DNA from: Vicinamibacteria bacterium
GTDB taxonomy: Bacteria; Acidobacteriota; Vicinamibacteria; Marinacidobacterales; Marinacidobacteraceae
Direction of reading: 5' to 3'
NCBI GenBank assembly: GCA_964291235.2
Contig: OZ219815.1
Span: forward strand, 544,001 to 608,000
DNA: 64,000 nt
Shown here piece after piece: positions 1 through 11,640 of this stretch. Numbering within the stretch: the stretch's first letter is position 1; each line of letters starts with the position of its first letter. The position numbers and the translations under genes are program-made. The notes below the pieces were generated by a model, which made no database searches, had not been told where the DNA came from, and saw only the letters and a program-made list of their open reading frames with translations.

Positions 1-219
1 CATTGCCCGGAGATCCGCGCCGGCGCAGAAGACCTTTCCTTCACCGCGCAGGACAACCACGCGGCAGCGCTCGGCGGGAAGCGCCGCAAGTTCGTCCAGG
101 AGTTGCGGGATTCCCTCGACCATCTCCGGAGTGAGCGCATTTCTCGCCTCCGGCCGCTGGAGGGTGAGACGGACAACGCCGTCCGCGGCGCGATCAACGT
201 GCAGATGGGGAGAACTCAT
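1..219 (-). CDS. Enoyl-CoA hydratase/isomerase family protein (methylglutaconyl-CoA hydratase-like), N-terminal part; continues off the left edge
   Basis: Not in the ORF track. Manual translation MSSPHLHVDRAADGVVRLTLQRPEARNALT...VVVLRGEGKVFCAGADL has the crotonase RNAL and FCAGADL motifs. The ATG (217-219) overlaps the stop of the AtuA-like gene. Confidence 0.88.
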   Translation of the reverse strand, partial: MSSPHLHVDRAADGVVRLTLQRPEARNALTPEMVEGIPQLLDELAALPAERCRVVVLRGEGKVFCAGADLRAM

Positions 220-2108
220 GGGGCGGAAAAGGGTGCGGCGAACGCCGGCGAGAGCGGGCGGTTCTCGGCGGGAATGGTGGCGAGGAGGGCGGCCGGGATC
301 CGGACCCGCTGCCGGAGCAGACCCTGGGCGAGCGTCTTGCCCTGCGGGTCGAGCAGCAGGCTGCGGGTCCCGCCGCCGCCGAGCGCCCGCTCCAGGATGA
401 AGTTGAGCGCCCAGAGCCCCGGCACCTCGTAACGGACGATCGGGCCTTCGGAGACCTCCCGCACCCAGTCGGCGACCAGCGCGGTCGTCAGGTTCTCGGT
501 GAGCCACGCGTAGCAGGCGGCGCTCCGGCCGATGACCCCGATGTTGGCGGCGTCCCCCTTGTCCCCGCTGCGGGCGTGAGCCACCGCGCCGAGGGGCGCC
601 TCGATCGTGGGAGTGGCCGGCGGGACGTCGCGCGCCGGGCTCGGGTGGACATCCGTCCGGGGCGTATCCGCCGACGCGGTCGGACCCCCGAACGGCACTT
701 CCTCTTCGGCCACCACCGCTTCGCTGCCGCCCGCGGACACCCGGATCACCCGGACGGTGGCGGAGACCCGGTCGCGGGGCACGAGGGCGGGCCAGTAGCC
801 GACCACTTCCGTGATCGCGGGCGCGCCGCCGGTGACCGCGAGGCCCGCCGGGCCACTCAGGATGAAGCTCGGGAGCAGCTTGCGGAAGACCGAAAGCGGC
901 TCCCGGGTCGGGCTCCAGGCCGCGAACCGCACGAGCCCCTCCGACGGATCGAGCCGCGCGGCGTCGGCGAGGCCCCGCTGGGCGGCATCGGCGCCCGCGA
1001 GATCCACCCGGAGTTCCGCCGGGAACCCGGTGCCCGCCGCCTCGCAGTCGGCCTTGAGCCGGTCCCGGAACGCGTCGCCGAGCGCCGTCGCCTTCTCCCG
1101 GACGTCGGGCCCGCCGACCACCAGGCTGCCGCGGGCGCTGAACCCCCCGCGGACGGAAGCGCTCACCTTGAGATCCGGCGGCGGGGGCCCGCCCCGCGCA
1201 CCCCGGACGAGCACCCGGTCGTTCCCGGCATCGGCCACGCTCAGTCCCGAAAAATCCACCGTGGCGTCCGGGCACAGATAGCGCTCCGGATCTCCCATTT
1301 CGTAGAGGAGCTGCTCGCGGGTCACGGCGGGCGAGACCAGTCCTCCGGTTCCGGATTGCCTGGTCAGGAAGAAGCTGCCGTCCGGCTCGACCTCGACGAC
1401 CGGGAAACCCTCCCGGCCGAGTCCCGGCACGCGCTGCCAGTCGGTGAAGTTCCCCCCGGTGGCCTGCACTCCGCACTCGATCAGGTGCCCGGCCACGATG
1501 CCGCCCGCGATCCGGTCCCAGTCCTCGGGATCCCACCCGAAGGCGTGGCGGATGGGGGCGAGGGTGATGCCGGTATCGGTGACCCGGCCGGTGACCACCA
1601 CGTCCGGGCGGTGGGCCAGCGCCCGGACGATCGGCTCGGCGCCGAAGTAGGCGTTCGCGGAAAGGACGGCGAGCCGCTGGGGCGCGAACGGTGCGCCGGT
1701 CTCCAGGTTGTCGAAGGGGACGCCGCCGGCCATCAGGCCGTCGAGGCGGTCCATCAGGTCGTCCCCCTCGACCACCGCGACCGTCAATCCGATTCCGGCA
1801 TCCATCGCCGCCCCGAACACCGCGCGCGCGCAGGCGGTCGGATTCACTCCCCCGGCGTTCGTGATCACCGTGATCCCGCGTTCCCGGATGGCGCCGAGCA
1901 GGGGCGCGATCTGGGTTACGAAGTCGCGCGCATAACCGGCGGATGGATCGCGGGCGCGCTGCTTTTGCAGGATGCTCATCGTGATTTCCGCCAGGAAGTC
2001 CGCGGTCACGAACTCGGGAGGCTCCGGCCCGAGCACCTGCGAGCGAAGCGCCCGGGGATCGTCTCCCCAGTAGCCGCCGGCGTTTCCCACCCGTACGGTC
2101 TTCTTCAC
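216..2108 (-). CDS. Acyclic terpene utilization AtuA-family protein (DUF1446) with fused C-terminal AtuA-like domain
   Basis: VGNAGGYWGD, DFLAEITM, NAGGVNP, VTGRVTD, GHLIECG, EQLLYE; C-terminal HARSGDKGD...NIGV and DPQGK motifs. Confidence 0.88.
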   Translation of the reverse strand: MKKTVRVGNAGGYWGDDPRALRSQVLGPEPPEFVTADFLAEITMSILQKQRARDPSAGYARDFVTQIAPLLGAIRERGITVITNAGGVNPTACARAVFGAAMDAGIGLTVAVVEGDDLMDRLDGLMAGGVPFDNLETGAPFAPQRLAVLSANAYFGAEPIVRALAHRPDVVVTGRVTDTGITLAPIRHAFGWDPEDWDRIAGGIVAGHLIECGVQATGGNFTDWQRVPGLGREGFPVVEVEPDGSFFLTRQSGTGGLVSPAVTREQLLYEMGDPERYLCPDATVDFSGLSVADAGNDRVLVRGARGGPPPPDLKVSASVRGGFSARGSLVVGGPDVREKATALGDAFRDRLKADCEAAGTGFPAELRVDLAGADAAQRGLADAARLDPSEGLVRFAAWSPTREPLSVFRKLLPSFILSGPAGLAVTGGAPAITEVVGYWPALVPRDRVSATVRVIRVSAGGSEAVVAEEEVPFGGPTASADTPRTDVHPSPARDVPPATPTIEAPLGAVAHARSGDKGDAANIGVIGRSAACYAWLTENLTTALVADWVREVSEGPIVRYEVPGLWALNFILERALGGGGTRSLLLDPQGKTLAQGLLRQRVRIPAALLATIPAENRPLSPAFAAPFSAP

Positions 2109-2137
2109 GACGCCGGCGCCTGTCTCAGTTCGGATCC

Positions 2138-3745
<1,608 letters not shown>

Positions 3746-3857
3746 TCAGTGTTTTCCTTGAGGAACTCGAATTCTAGTGAGGGGCGATGCCTGCACGGGA
3801 GCCCCGGAGCCGCACGGCCATTCCACCCGTACACTCGCCCGCCCTGGAGGATTGCCC

Positions 3858-5027
3858 ATGACCGCACTCCGCTCGTTCACGCTCAGCTTCGGAGCGTGCC
3901 TGCTGGCCGGGACGCTGACCGCCTGCGGCGGCGGCGCCGGCGCCGGCGATCTGGAAGGAGACGCCACCGATCCCATGACCGTCTTCGATCAAGCCATCGC
4001 TCGCTTCGAACAGGCGCCGCTCGCCCACCTCCCGACCCCCTTCGAGGAGATGCCGACCCTCGCCGCCGAACTCGGCGGCCCCCGCCTGTTCGTCAAGCGC
4101 GACGACCAGACCGGCCTCGCCCTCGGGGGCAACAAGGCGCGGAAGCTCGATTTCATCCTCGCCGACGCGGTCGCCAAGGGGAGCGACAGCGTCGTTACCT
4201 GGGCGGGAGTGCAGTCCAACTGGGCGCGGATGACGGCCGCCGGTTCGAGGCGGCTGGGCATGGATCCGATCCTGGTGCTCCAGCGCCGGAAGGACCAGGC
4301 GATCGCGCCCGCCGACGGCAACCTGCTCCTCGACCGGATCCTGGGCGCCGACGTGCGGATCATCGGCCCGGACGAGGACCGGCAAGCGAAGGTCGCGGAG
4401 ATCGCGGCCGCCGAGCGGGCGGCCGGCCGGAATCCCTACGTCGTCTCGGTCGGCGGTTCCCTGACGGGAGGCGGCATGGAGCTGCCGCTCGGGTCGGTGG
4501 CCTACGCGAACGGATTCCGGGAGCTGCTCGGGCAGGCGCGGGAAGCCGGCGTGACCATCACCCACGTTGTCCACGCCTCGGGCTCCGGCAGCACCCAGTC
4601 CGGGCTCGTGGTCGGGGCGAAGATGCTCGCTCCTGACGTCCGGGTCATCGGCATCAGCACCGGCGGCAGCAAGGCCGCGGGCGAGGCCAACGTGCTCGCC
4701 ATCGCGCGGGAGACGGTGGAGGCGATGGAACTCGACGTGGAGATCGGGCCCGCGGACGTGGTGGTCCACGACGAGTACGTCGGCGAGGGCTACGGCGTCC
4801 TGAACCAGGGGGTCGTGGAGGCCATCGCCCAGACCGCCCGCACCGAGGGCATCCTGCTCGACCCGGTCTATACCGGCAAGGCGATGACCGGGCTCTTCGA
4901 CCTCGTCCAGCGCGGACAGTTCAGCGAGACCGACGTGGTCGTCTTCCTGCACACCGGCGGCAGCCCGGCGCTCTTCCCGTACCGGGAAGGCTTGCTGGAG
5001 GATTTACCGGCGCCAACAGGCGAATGA
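3858..5027 (+). CDS. PLP-dependent D-cysteine desulfhydrase/cysteate sulfo-lyase family enzyme with N-terminal lipoprotein signal
   Basis: KRDD...GGNKARKL (PLP Lys), [35 protein letters not shown] at 3846-3850 precedes ATG 3858. Signal peptide ends in lipobox LTAC. Confidence 0.88.
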   Translation: MTALRSFTLSFGACLLAGTLTACGGGAGAGDLEGDATDPMTVFDQAIARFEQAPLAHLPTPFEEMPTLAAELGGPRLFVKRDDQTGLALGGNKARKLDFILADAVAKGSDSVVTWAGVQSNWARMTAAGSRRLGMDPILVLQRRKDQAIAPADGNLLLDRILGADVRIIGPDEDRQAKVAEIAAAERAAGRNPYVVSVGGSLTGGGMELPLGSVAYANGFRELLGQAREAGVTITHVVHASGSGSTQSGLVVGAKMLAPDVRVIGISTGGSKAAGEANVLAIARETVEAMELDVEIGPADVVVHDEYVGEGYGVLNQGVVEAIAQTARTEGILLDPVYTGKAMTGLFDLVQRGQFSETDVVVFLHTGGSPALFPYREGLLEDLPAPTGE

Positions 5028-5053
5028 CGCGGAAGGAAGGGAAGGAACTGGCG

Positions 5054-5365
5054 ATGATGAAGAACCTGCACCATCCAGGCGCGATCGTCCTCCACGAGTG
5101 CATGGAGCCTCTGGGACTCAATGTCACCGAGGCCGCAGCGAAGCTGGGAGTCAGCCGCAAACAGCTTTCCGCTCTCGTCAACGGCCGTTCCGGAATCTCC
5201 GCGGAAATGGCCATCCGGCTCAGCAAGGCGTTCGGAGCGAGCGCCGGAATGTGGGTTCGGTTGCAGGCGAACTACAACCTCGCGCAGGCAATGGAACGAG
5301 CAGACGAAATCCAGGTGGAGCGCCTGTGGCCGGCTCCTCCCGCGGCCGAGCCGGCTCCCGCCTAA
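5054..5365 (+). CDS. higA: HigA-family antitoxin (XRE HTH)
   Basis: HPGAIV...[53 protein letters not shown]. An alternative start at 5024 overlaps the upstream stop. Confidence 0.9.
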   Translation: MMKNLHHPGAIVLHECMEPLGLNVTEAAAKLGVSRKQLSALVNGRSGISAEMAIRLSKAFGASAGMWVRLQANYNLAQAMERADEIQVERLWPAPPAAEPAPA

Positions 5366-5440
5366 ACCACTCCCCGGCGCATATCTGTTGTGGCTGAACG
5401 GGAATGTAATTCCCATTCAGCCTGCAAAAACGGGACTTGG

Positions 5441-5610
5441 TATCCCAGACTTCTGGATGCTCCCGCGCGGAGCGATCAGAGTTTTTCCTCTTCGGCCCTC
5501 GCGGCACCGGTAAGACGACCTGGCTCAAGGAACGCTTTCCGAAGCCGCTCTAGCTGGACCTCCTCGACCACCGCCGGTATTTCGATCTGCTGAGCCGGCC
5601 CGGATCCTGG
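5441..5610 (+). pseudogene. Remnant of an AAA_14/DUF4143-type ATPase N-terminus
   Basis: YPRLLDAPARSDQSF-(frameshift in T5 run 5482-5486)-FLFGPRGTGKTTWLKERFPKPL*LDLLD: Walker A motif, in-frame TAG at 5551, truncated after ~55 codons. Confidence 0.75.
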
Positions 5611-5774
5611 CGCAGCGACCGGACGGCGAGAGTCCGCCGGTCGGGCGGCTGTGGGGCCTGGGCGCCTTCGAAACCCGGCGGGTATCCAGCTACGCGGACC
5701 GGTCGCGCCGTCCGGGAACACCAAGGGTCCGGGACCGAGGTTGGCCGAGCGCAGCGCTGGTTTCGCGCTCCCGC

Positions 5775-5801
5775 GCGATGCCGGCCAGAGGCCGGCGCTC
5801 C
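5775..5801. repeat. REP-like palindrome
   Basis: GCGATGCCGGCCAGAGGCCGGCGCTCC is the exact reverse complement of 26368-26394. Confidence 0.85.
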
Positions 5802-5856
5802 GAGCCGATGCGCGCTTCTTCTCCGTCGGCTATGTCCGGCGGCGATCGGCTATCGA

Positions 5857-8800
5857 TCAGGAGGACGGCGCGACGAGTACCGCTCCCGTGATGCCGGCCT
5901 CCTGAAGCGCGCGGTTGAGGTCTTCGACCCCGGACCCAAGCAGCGACTCCGCCCGCTCCAGAATCGGCGCCGCTTCCGCTTCCAGATCGCGGAACCGCTC
6001 GAAGGAGCCGCCGGTCGGGCGGCCGTAGTTCTGGGCAACGTGACCGTAGAGATAGGCGATCTGGTTGTCGATTCGGGGCGTGAAGTTGATGGGGTCCTGA
6101 CTGGACTCGTTCTTCGTCTGGATCATTTCGTCTTCGACGTCAGTCAAACCCTTGCCGAGGGTCTCGGCCTGCTCCTCCAGCACATCGGTCCAGCGGTCCG
6201 CCTCGCGCGCCCGCTTTGCGACCGCTTCGAGCTGGCCGCGGGCGTCCCGGATCGCGCCGATCCGCTCGTGCATCCGTTCGAGGAGCGCCTGCGCCTGCCG
6301 CACCAGGTTGTGCTGCTGGCGGAGGTCGTCCTCCGTGGCGGCGACCCGGGGATCCTTGACCACCTCGAACCGGACGGGTTCGCCTCGGACTTCGTCGCCG
6401 CTGTTCTTCCGGAAGGACAGCGACGCGCCGTAGGTCCCTGGCACGACGAACGCCCCGCCGGTGTACGAAATGGACATCACCGCGCCCTTCAGCAGTTCCA
6501 GACGCCGGTACTTGAGATCCCAGGCGATCCGGTGGAGTCCGGCCTCCGTTTCCAGCACCGCATCGGGATTCGGACGCTCGCCCGCGGACTCGTCCGGCTT
6601 CTCGCCGGGGGCCGGCTTCCCGACGAACTCCCGGATCGACGCGCCGGCCGCGTCGGTGACCACGAGGCGGAGCTCGTCTCCCTCCTCGAGGTCCTCGGGC
6701 AGGAAATAGTGGAAGAGGGCGCCGGATGCACGGTTCTCAGGCGCCCCCGGACCGCGGAATGGCCGGCCGCCGCCGGTGGCCAGCCGCACCGCCGTCCCCG
6801 CCGGCAGGAGCGCCGGGGCGTCCCACGACCTCCCCGCCAGCGCCCGCAGCGGCGTGAGGTCGTCGAGCACCCAGAAGGAGCGGCCTTGGGTGGCGACCAG
6901 CAACTCCTGGCCGGCGGCCTGGAGATCGGTAATGGGACTTGCCGGCAGGTTCCCGAGCGGCGCGAAGCGGGCGCCACCGTCGAGACTCACGAAGAGACCG
7001 AATTCCGTCCCGATATAGAGAACGCTCTCGCTCTCCGGATCCTCCCGTACGACGCGCACCGGGTGGCCGGCCGGGATCCCGCCGTCCCCACCCAGGGTCG
7101 CCCACGTCGCTCCAAAATCCGTGGTGCGAAACACGTAGGGCTCAAAGTCGTTCTCGCGGTACCGCTGGACGGCGAGGAGCACGCCCCCGTCGTGATGCCG
7201 GGAGACGTCGAGACTGTTCACGGTGCCGCCGGCGGGCATCTCGGCCGGCGTCACCTCGGTCCAGGACTCGCCTCCGTTCCTGGAGACGTGGACCCGGCCG
7301 TCGTCGGTGCCCGCCCAGAGCAGGCCCTCGACCCGGGGTGATTCCCCCAGCGCGAAGATCGTCCCGTACACCTCGACGCCGGTGTGGTCATGCTGCACCG
7401 GGCCGCCGGGGCGAGCGCCTTTTTCAGGATCGCCCACCGTCAGGTCGGGTGAGATGGTCGTCCAGGAGAGGCCGCCGTCGGTCGTCCGGTGGACGTAGTT
7501 CGAGGTGTGGAAGACGACCTCGGGGTCGTGCTTGGAAACCACGATGGGCGCGTTCCACTGGAAGCGGTAGTTCAGGTCCCGCGGGGCCACCCCGTCCGCC
7601 ATCTCCGGATACACGATCACGTTGCGGGCGCCCGCTTCGTCCCGGTCGTAGCGGTCGATCTGGCCGATGTAGTTCCCCGCATAGGTGAGTTCGGGCCGGC
7701 CCGGGGTCACCGCGATGTGCCCGCTCTCGCCGCCGGCGACGTCCCACCAGTGGGCCTCCGGGGAAAGACCGCTGTCGGTCCAGGAGGGAACGCTGATGGT
7801 CGAGTTGTCCTGCTGCGCCCCGTAGAGCCGCCTCGGGAACTCCTCGTCCACCGTGAGCCGGTAGAACTCGGCGGTGGGCTGGTTGTGGATGGAGGACCAG
7901 TTCTCGCCCCCGTCAAGCGTCACGGCGGCGCCGCCGTCGTTCGCTTCCGCCATGATCCGGGCGTCGTTCGGATTGATCCAGAGGTCGTGGTTGTCCCCGT
8001 GCGGGACCCGAACCGTCTGGAAGGACTTGCCGCCGTCCACCGACTTGAAGAACGGGGCGTTCAGGACATAGACGGTGTCCGGATCGGTGGGATCGGCGAC
8101 CACGTGGCTGTAGTACCAGCCCCGGGCCCGCAGACGGCGTTCGCCGTTCACCCGCGCCCAGGTGTCGCCGCCGTCCTCACTCCGGTAGAGCCCGCCCCGC
8201 TCCTCGGCGGCAGTGACCATCGCGTACACCCGGCGCGGATCGGAAGCGGCGATGGACACCCCGATGCGGCCGACCGGCTGTTCCTCGGACGCCTGTGGAA
8301 GCCCGCCAGCCAGCCGCTCCCACGATGCGCCGCCGTCGCGCGTCCGGTAGAGCCCGCCCTCGGGGCCGCCCTCAATGAGGGTCCACGGCTTCCGCTCGGC
8401 CTGCCACATGGCCGCGAACAGCTCCCGCGGGTTCGCCGGGTTCATGGCGAGTTCCACGGCTCCGGTCGCGTCCGAAATCTGGAGCGACGCCGTCCAGGTC
8501 TCACCGCCGTCTTCGGTCAGGTACACGCCCCGTTCCGGCGAGCGGCCGAAGATCTGGCCGAGCACGGCGACGAACGCGCGGTCGGGGTCGTCCGGGTCCA
8601 CGATGATCCGGCCGATCAGCCCGGCGGCCGCGAGCCCCGCATGGGTCCACGACCGGCCGCCATCGGTGCTGCGATACACCCCGTTGCCGACGGAGATGTT
8701 GCCCCGCGGACAAGCGGAACCCGTTCCCACGTAGATGACGTTGGGATCCGAGGGCGCGACCGCCACCGCCCCGATGGAGCCGACCGCGAAATCGTCGTCC

Positions 8801-9084
8801 GAAAGGTTCGTCCAGGACACTCCGGCGTTGACGGTCTTCCAGACCCCGCCGCCCGTCGAACCCATGTAGAACACGTGGGGCTGGTCCGGAATCCCGGTCA
8901 CGGTGGTCACTCGCCCGCCGCGCGAAGGCCCCACCATCCGGAAATCGAGACCTTCGAGCACCTCGGCGGGAACGGGGAATCCCTCGGGAACCGCCGCCCG
9001 CTCGATCGGCCCCTGTCCGGCGACGGGCGCGGCCAGGAGGACCAGCGGCAGCGCGCCGCTCCTCAGCAAGGTGGAGATCTTCAT
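5857..9084 (-). CDS. Secreted BNR/Asp-box repeat (VPS10/sortilin-like) glycosyl-hydrolase-like beta-propeller protein
   Basis: Signal peptide, GPSRGGRV, many S/T-x-D-G-G-x-S/T-W Asp boxes, YRFQWNAP, helical C-terminus. Confidence 0.88.
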   Translation of the reverse strand: MKISTLLRSGALPLVLLAAPVAGQGPIERAAVPEGFPVPAEVLEGLDFRMVGPSRGGRVTTVTGIPDQPHVFYMGSTGGGVWKTVNAGVSWTNLSDDDFAVGSIGAVAVAPSDPNVIYVGTGSACPRGNISVGNGVYRSTDGGRSWTHAGLAAAGLIGRIIVDPDDPDRAFVAVLGQIFGRSPERGVYLTEDGGETWTASLQISDATGAVELAMNPANPRELFAAMWQAERKPWTLIEGGPEGGLYRTRDGGASWERLAGGLPQASEEQPVGRIGVSIAASDPRRVYAMVTAAEERGGLYRSEDGGDTWARVNGERRLRARGWYYSHVVADPTDPDTVYVLNAPFFKSVDGGKSFQTVRVPHGDNHDLWINPNDARIMAEANDGGAAVTLDGGENWSSIHNQPTAEFYRLTVDEEFPRRLYGAQQDNSTISVPSWTDSGLSPEAHWWDVAGGESGHIAVTPGRPELTYAGNYIGQIDRYDRDEAGARNVIVYPEMADGVAPRDLNYRFQWNAPIVVSKHDPEVVFHTSNYVHRTTDGGLSWTTISPDLTVGDPEKGARPGGPVQHDHTGVEVYGTIFALGESPRVEGLLWAGTDDGRVHVSRNGGESWTEVTPAEMPAGGTVNSLDVSRHHDGGVLLAVQRYRENDFEPYVFRTTDFGATWATLGGDGGIPAGHPVRVVREDPESESVLYIGTEFGLFVSLDGGARFAPLGNLPASPITDLQAAGQELLVATQGRSFWVLDDLTPLRALAGRSWDAPALLPAGTAVRLATGGGRPFRGPGAPENRASGALFHYFLPEDLEEGDELRLVVTDAAGASIREFVGKPAPGEKPDESAGERPNPDAVLETEAGLHRIAWDLKYRRLELLKGAVMSISYTGGAFVVPGTYGASLSFRKNSGDEVRGEPVRFEVVKDPRVAATEDDLRQQHNLVRQAQALLERMHERIGAIRDARGQLEAVAKRAREADRWTDVLEEQAETLGKGLTDVEDEMIQTKNESSQDPINFTPRIDNQIAYLYGHVAQNYGRPTGGSFERFRDLEAEAAPILERAESLLGSGVEDLNRALQEAGITGAVLVAPSS

Positions 9085-9482
9085 GCGTCGTCCGCGGCGG
9101 AGGAACCGACAACGGCCTCGACCTCGATTTCGACGAGGTACTCCTCGCCGATCAGATCCGCGTAGGTGAGCGTGCAGGCGGGCCGGACCGCGGAGAAGAA
9201 CTCGCCGTGAACCGCCGCCACGGCCTTCCAGTCGGCCCCCGGCTTGACATGGATCCGGGTGCGCACCACGTCGGCGAGCACTCCTCCGAGCGCCTCGATC
9301 GCGGTCCGGATCTTCCCGAGCGCGTAGCGGGTCTGCTCGTGCACGTCCCCGATCGCGACCGGGCCGCCCGGACCCGTCGCGGTCGTCCCCGAGACGAGGA
9401 TACGGTCCCCAACCCTGGTTGCGCGGGAGTAGCCGAATTCGGACTCCCAGGAAACTCCGCTGTCGATGCTCTGCCGGTTCAT
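9081..9482 (-). CDS. RidA/YjgF/UK114 family protein
   Basis: WE..FGYSRA.RVG...VSGTTA, DVVRTRI, F..VRPACT, VEIEVEA. Confidence 0.9.
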   Translation of the reverse strand: MNRQSIDSGVSWESEFGYSRATRVGDRILVSGTTATGPGGPVAIGDVHEQTRYALGKIRTAIEALGGVLADVVRTRIHVKPGADWKAVAAVHGEFFSAVRPACTLTYADLIGEEYLVEIEVEAVVGSSAADDA

Positions 9483-10571
9483 GGGTGGCGCATTGTAGGA
9501 GCGCCGGCCGGCGCCGCCGGCGCCCGTTCCACGAACATGGCGTCGCCGTAGGAGTAGAAGCGGTACCGCTCCCGAACCGCCTCGCGGTAGGCCGCCAGCA
9601 CCTGCTGTGTCCCGCCGAGCGCCGCGACCAGCATCAGCAGCGAACTCTCGGGCAGGTGGAAGTTGGTCACCATCGCGGACACCACCCGGAAGCGGTGACC
9701 CGGAAGAATCAGCAAGGAGGTCTCACCGCTCGCCACGTCGGCGTCGAGCACTCCGGGCGTCTCCAGCACCCGGACCGTCGTGGTTCCCACCGCGACGACC
9801 CGCCGCCCCCGGGCCAGTTGGGACGAGACCGCCTCCCGAGTCTCCGGAGGAATCGAAAAACGTTCGGCGTCCAGGGTGTGCTCCCGGGGATCCTCCACGC
9901 GCACCGGGGCGAAGGTGCCGTAGCCGACGTGGAGCACGAGGTCGGCCACCGCGACGCCCCGCGCTTGCAACCGCTCGAACATGAGGGCATCGAAGTGGAG
10001 CCCGGCGGTCGGCGCCGCCACCGAGCCGGGCGTCCGCGCGTACACCGTCTGGTAACGCTCGCGGTCGCGGCCGGCGGCCGCTTCCGGGCTCTCCCGATCC
10101 CGCCGGATGTACGGAGGCAGCGGGGTCCGGCCCGCCGCTTCGGCGAGCCCGATCGGATCGGGCGCGCCCGAGAGAATCCGGACCCGGCGCGCCCCGCCGC
10201 CGAGATCGTCGCCCACTTCGAGACGCACGCTCCCCGACTCCCCGGCCCGCAGCCGGACGCCGGGGCGCAGAGCCGGCCGGGTGAGCGCCCGAAAAAGGTC
10301 CGGTGGCCCCGGTGCGCCGGGCAGCAAGAACACCTCGACGCGACCGCCGCCGGCCTCCTTGCGGGCCGGGATCCGGGCCGGAATCACCCGGGTGACGTTC
10401 CGCACCAGCAGGTCACCCGGCCGGAGCAGCCCCGGAAGATCCGGGAAAGCCGAGGTGCGTCGCCCGGCCGTCCCGGCCGAGGTGGAGCAGGCGCGCGTCG
10501 CTCCGCGCGGCGGGCGGGTGCTGGGCGATGAGGTCTTCAGGCAGCTCGAACCTGAAGTCGGAGGTCCTCAC
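9479..10571 (-). CDS. queA: S-adenosylmethionine:tRNA ribosyltransferase-isomerase; frameshifted near 10440-10450
   Basis: The N-terminus MRTSDFRFELPEDLIAQHP...RLL (GTG 10571) is in a different frame from DLPGLLRPGDLLVRN.TRV, PLPPYI, YQTVYA, GSVAAPTAGLHF, TNFHLP, YRFYSYGDAM. There is one extra base at TTTCCCGG. Confidence 0.9.
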
Positions 10572-10594
10572 CTCCCCACCCGGGCGCCGTCCGA

Positions 10595-11623
10595 TCAGCC
10601 GGACTGTCCGGCGGGGGAACCGGGAAACAGCGTCCCCGACGCCGCCCGGCCCAGATGCCGCGCACCCCGATCGGTGATCATCCGTCCCTTCGCCGTCCGC
10701 CTCAGGAAGCCGCGGTAGATGAGGTACGGCTCATGGACCTCCTCAAGGGTTCGGTTGTCCATCCCGAGCGTCGCGGCGAGATTGGCCACCCCCACCGGCC
10801 CGCCGGAAAAATTGTCGAGCAGGCTCTCCAGGATCTTGCGGTCGAAACGATCGAGTCCCTGCGCATCCACCTGGGCGATTTCGAGCAGCGCGAGCGCGGT
10901 GTCGCGCCGGATCGTGCCGTCGCCGCGCACCTGGGCGTAATCGCGTACCCGGCGCAGCAGGTTGTTGGCGACCCGCGGCGTCCCGCGCGCCCGAGTCGCG
11001 AGTTCCCGCCCGGCATCCGGCTCCAGCCGAACCCGCAGCACCCGGGCGGCGCGGGCCAGCACCCGCTCCACTTCCTCGATGGAATAGAACTCGAGCTGGT
11101 GGACGAGAGGAAATCGGTCCCGGAGGGGGCCGGTCAACAGGTCGGCGCGCGTGGTGGCGCCGACCAGCGTGAAGGGCGGCAGGTCGATGCGGAGGCTATG
11201 GGCTCCCAGCTTCTCGCCGACCATGATGTCCACGTAGTGGTCCTCCATGGCCGGATAGAGGACTTCGGCAACCGCGGGAGCGAGGCGATGGATCTCGTCA
11301 ATGAACAGGATCTCGTTGCGCGCCAGCGAATTCAGCAAGGCGACCATGTCTCCGGTGCGGGGGACGAGCGGACCCGCCGACGTGTGCATGGGAACCTCGA
11401 GTTCCCGGGCGAGCACCGCGGCGAGCGAGGTCTTGCCGAGGCCGGGAGGGCCGTGCAGGAGCACGTGATCGAGCGGTTCTCCCCGGGCGCTCGCGGCGCC
11501 AACGCTGATTTCGAGTTGTTCGAGGACGGCGCCCTGGCCGACGTATTCGCCGAAGTCCCGCGGCCGCAGACTCTGGTGGAACTCTTCGTCCCGGCGTCCG
11601 GGCGGAGCCTTCGGGGTGTCCAT
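10595..11623 (-). CDS. ruvB: Holliday junction branch migration helicase RuvB
   Basis: LRP..F.EYVGQ, GPPGLGKT, FIDEIHRL, LYPAMED, GATTR, RGTPRVAN, EPYL, RT.KGR. Confidence 0.97.
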   Translation of the reverse strand: MDTPKAPPGRRDEEFHQSLRPRDFGEYVGQGAVLEQLEISVGAASARGEPLDHVLLHGPPGLGKTSLAAVLARELEVPMHTSAGPLVPRTGDMVALLNSLARNEILFIDEIHRLAPAVAEVLYPAMEDHYVDIMVGEKLGAHSLRIDLPPFTLVGATTRADLLTGPLRDRFPLVHQLEFYSIEEVERVLARAARVLRVRLEPDAGRELATRARGTPRVANNLLRRVRDYAQVRGDGTIRRDTALALLEIAQVDAQGLDRFDRKILESLLDNFSGGPVGVANLAATLGMDNRTLEEVHEPYLIYRGFLRRTAKGRMITDRGARHLGRAASGTLFPGSPAGQSG

Positions 11624-11640
11624 TCCGGGTTCGGGGCCGG

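Noticed and set aside
3858-5027. ACC deaminase (acdS)
   Set aside because: It has DPVYT and HTGG rather than the Glu (DPVYE) and Leu (HLGG) of true ACC deaminases.
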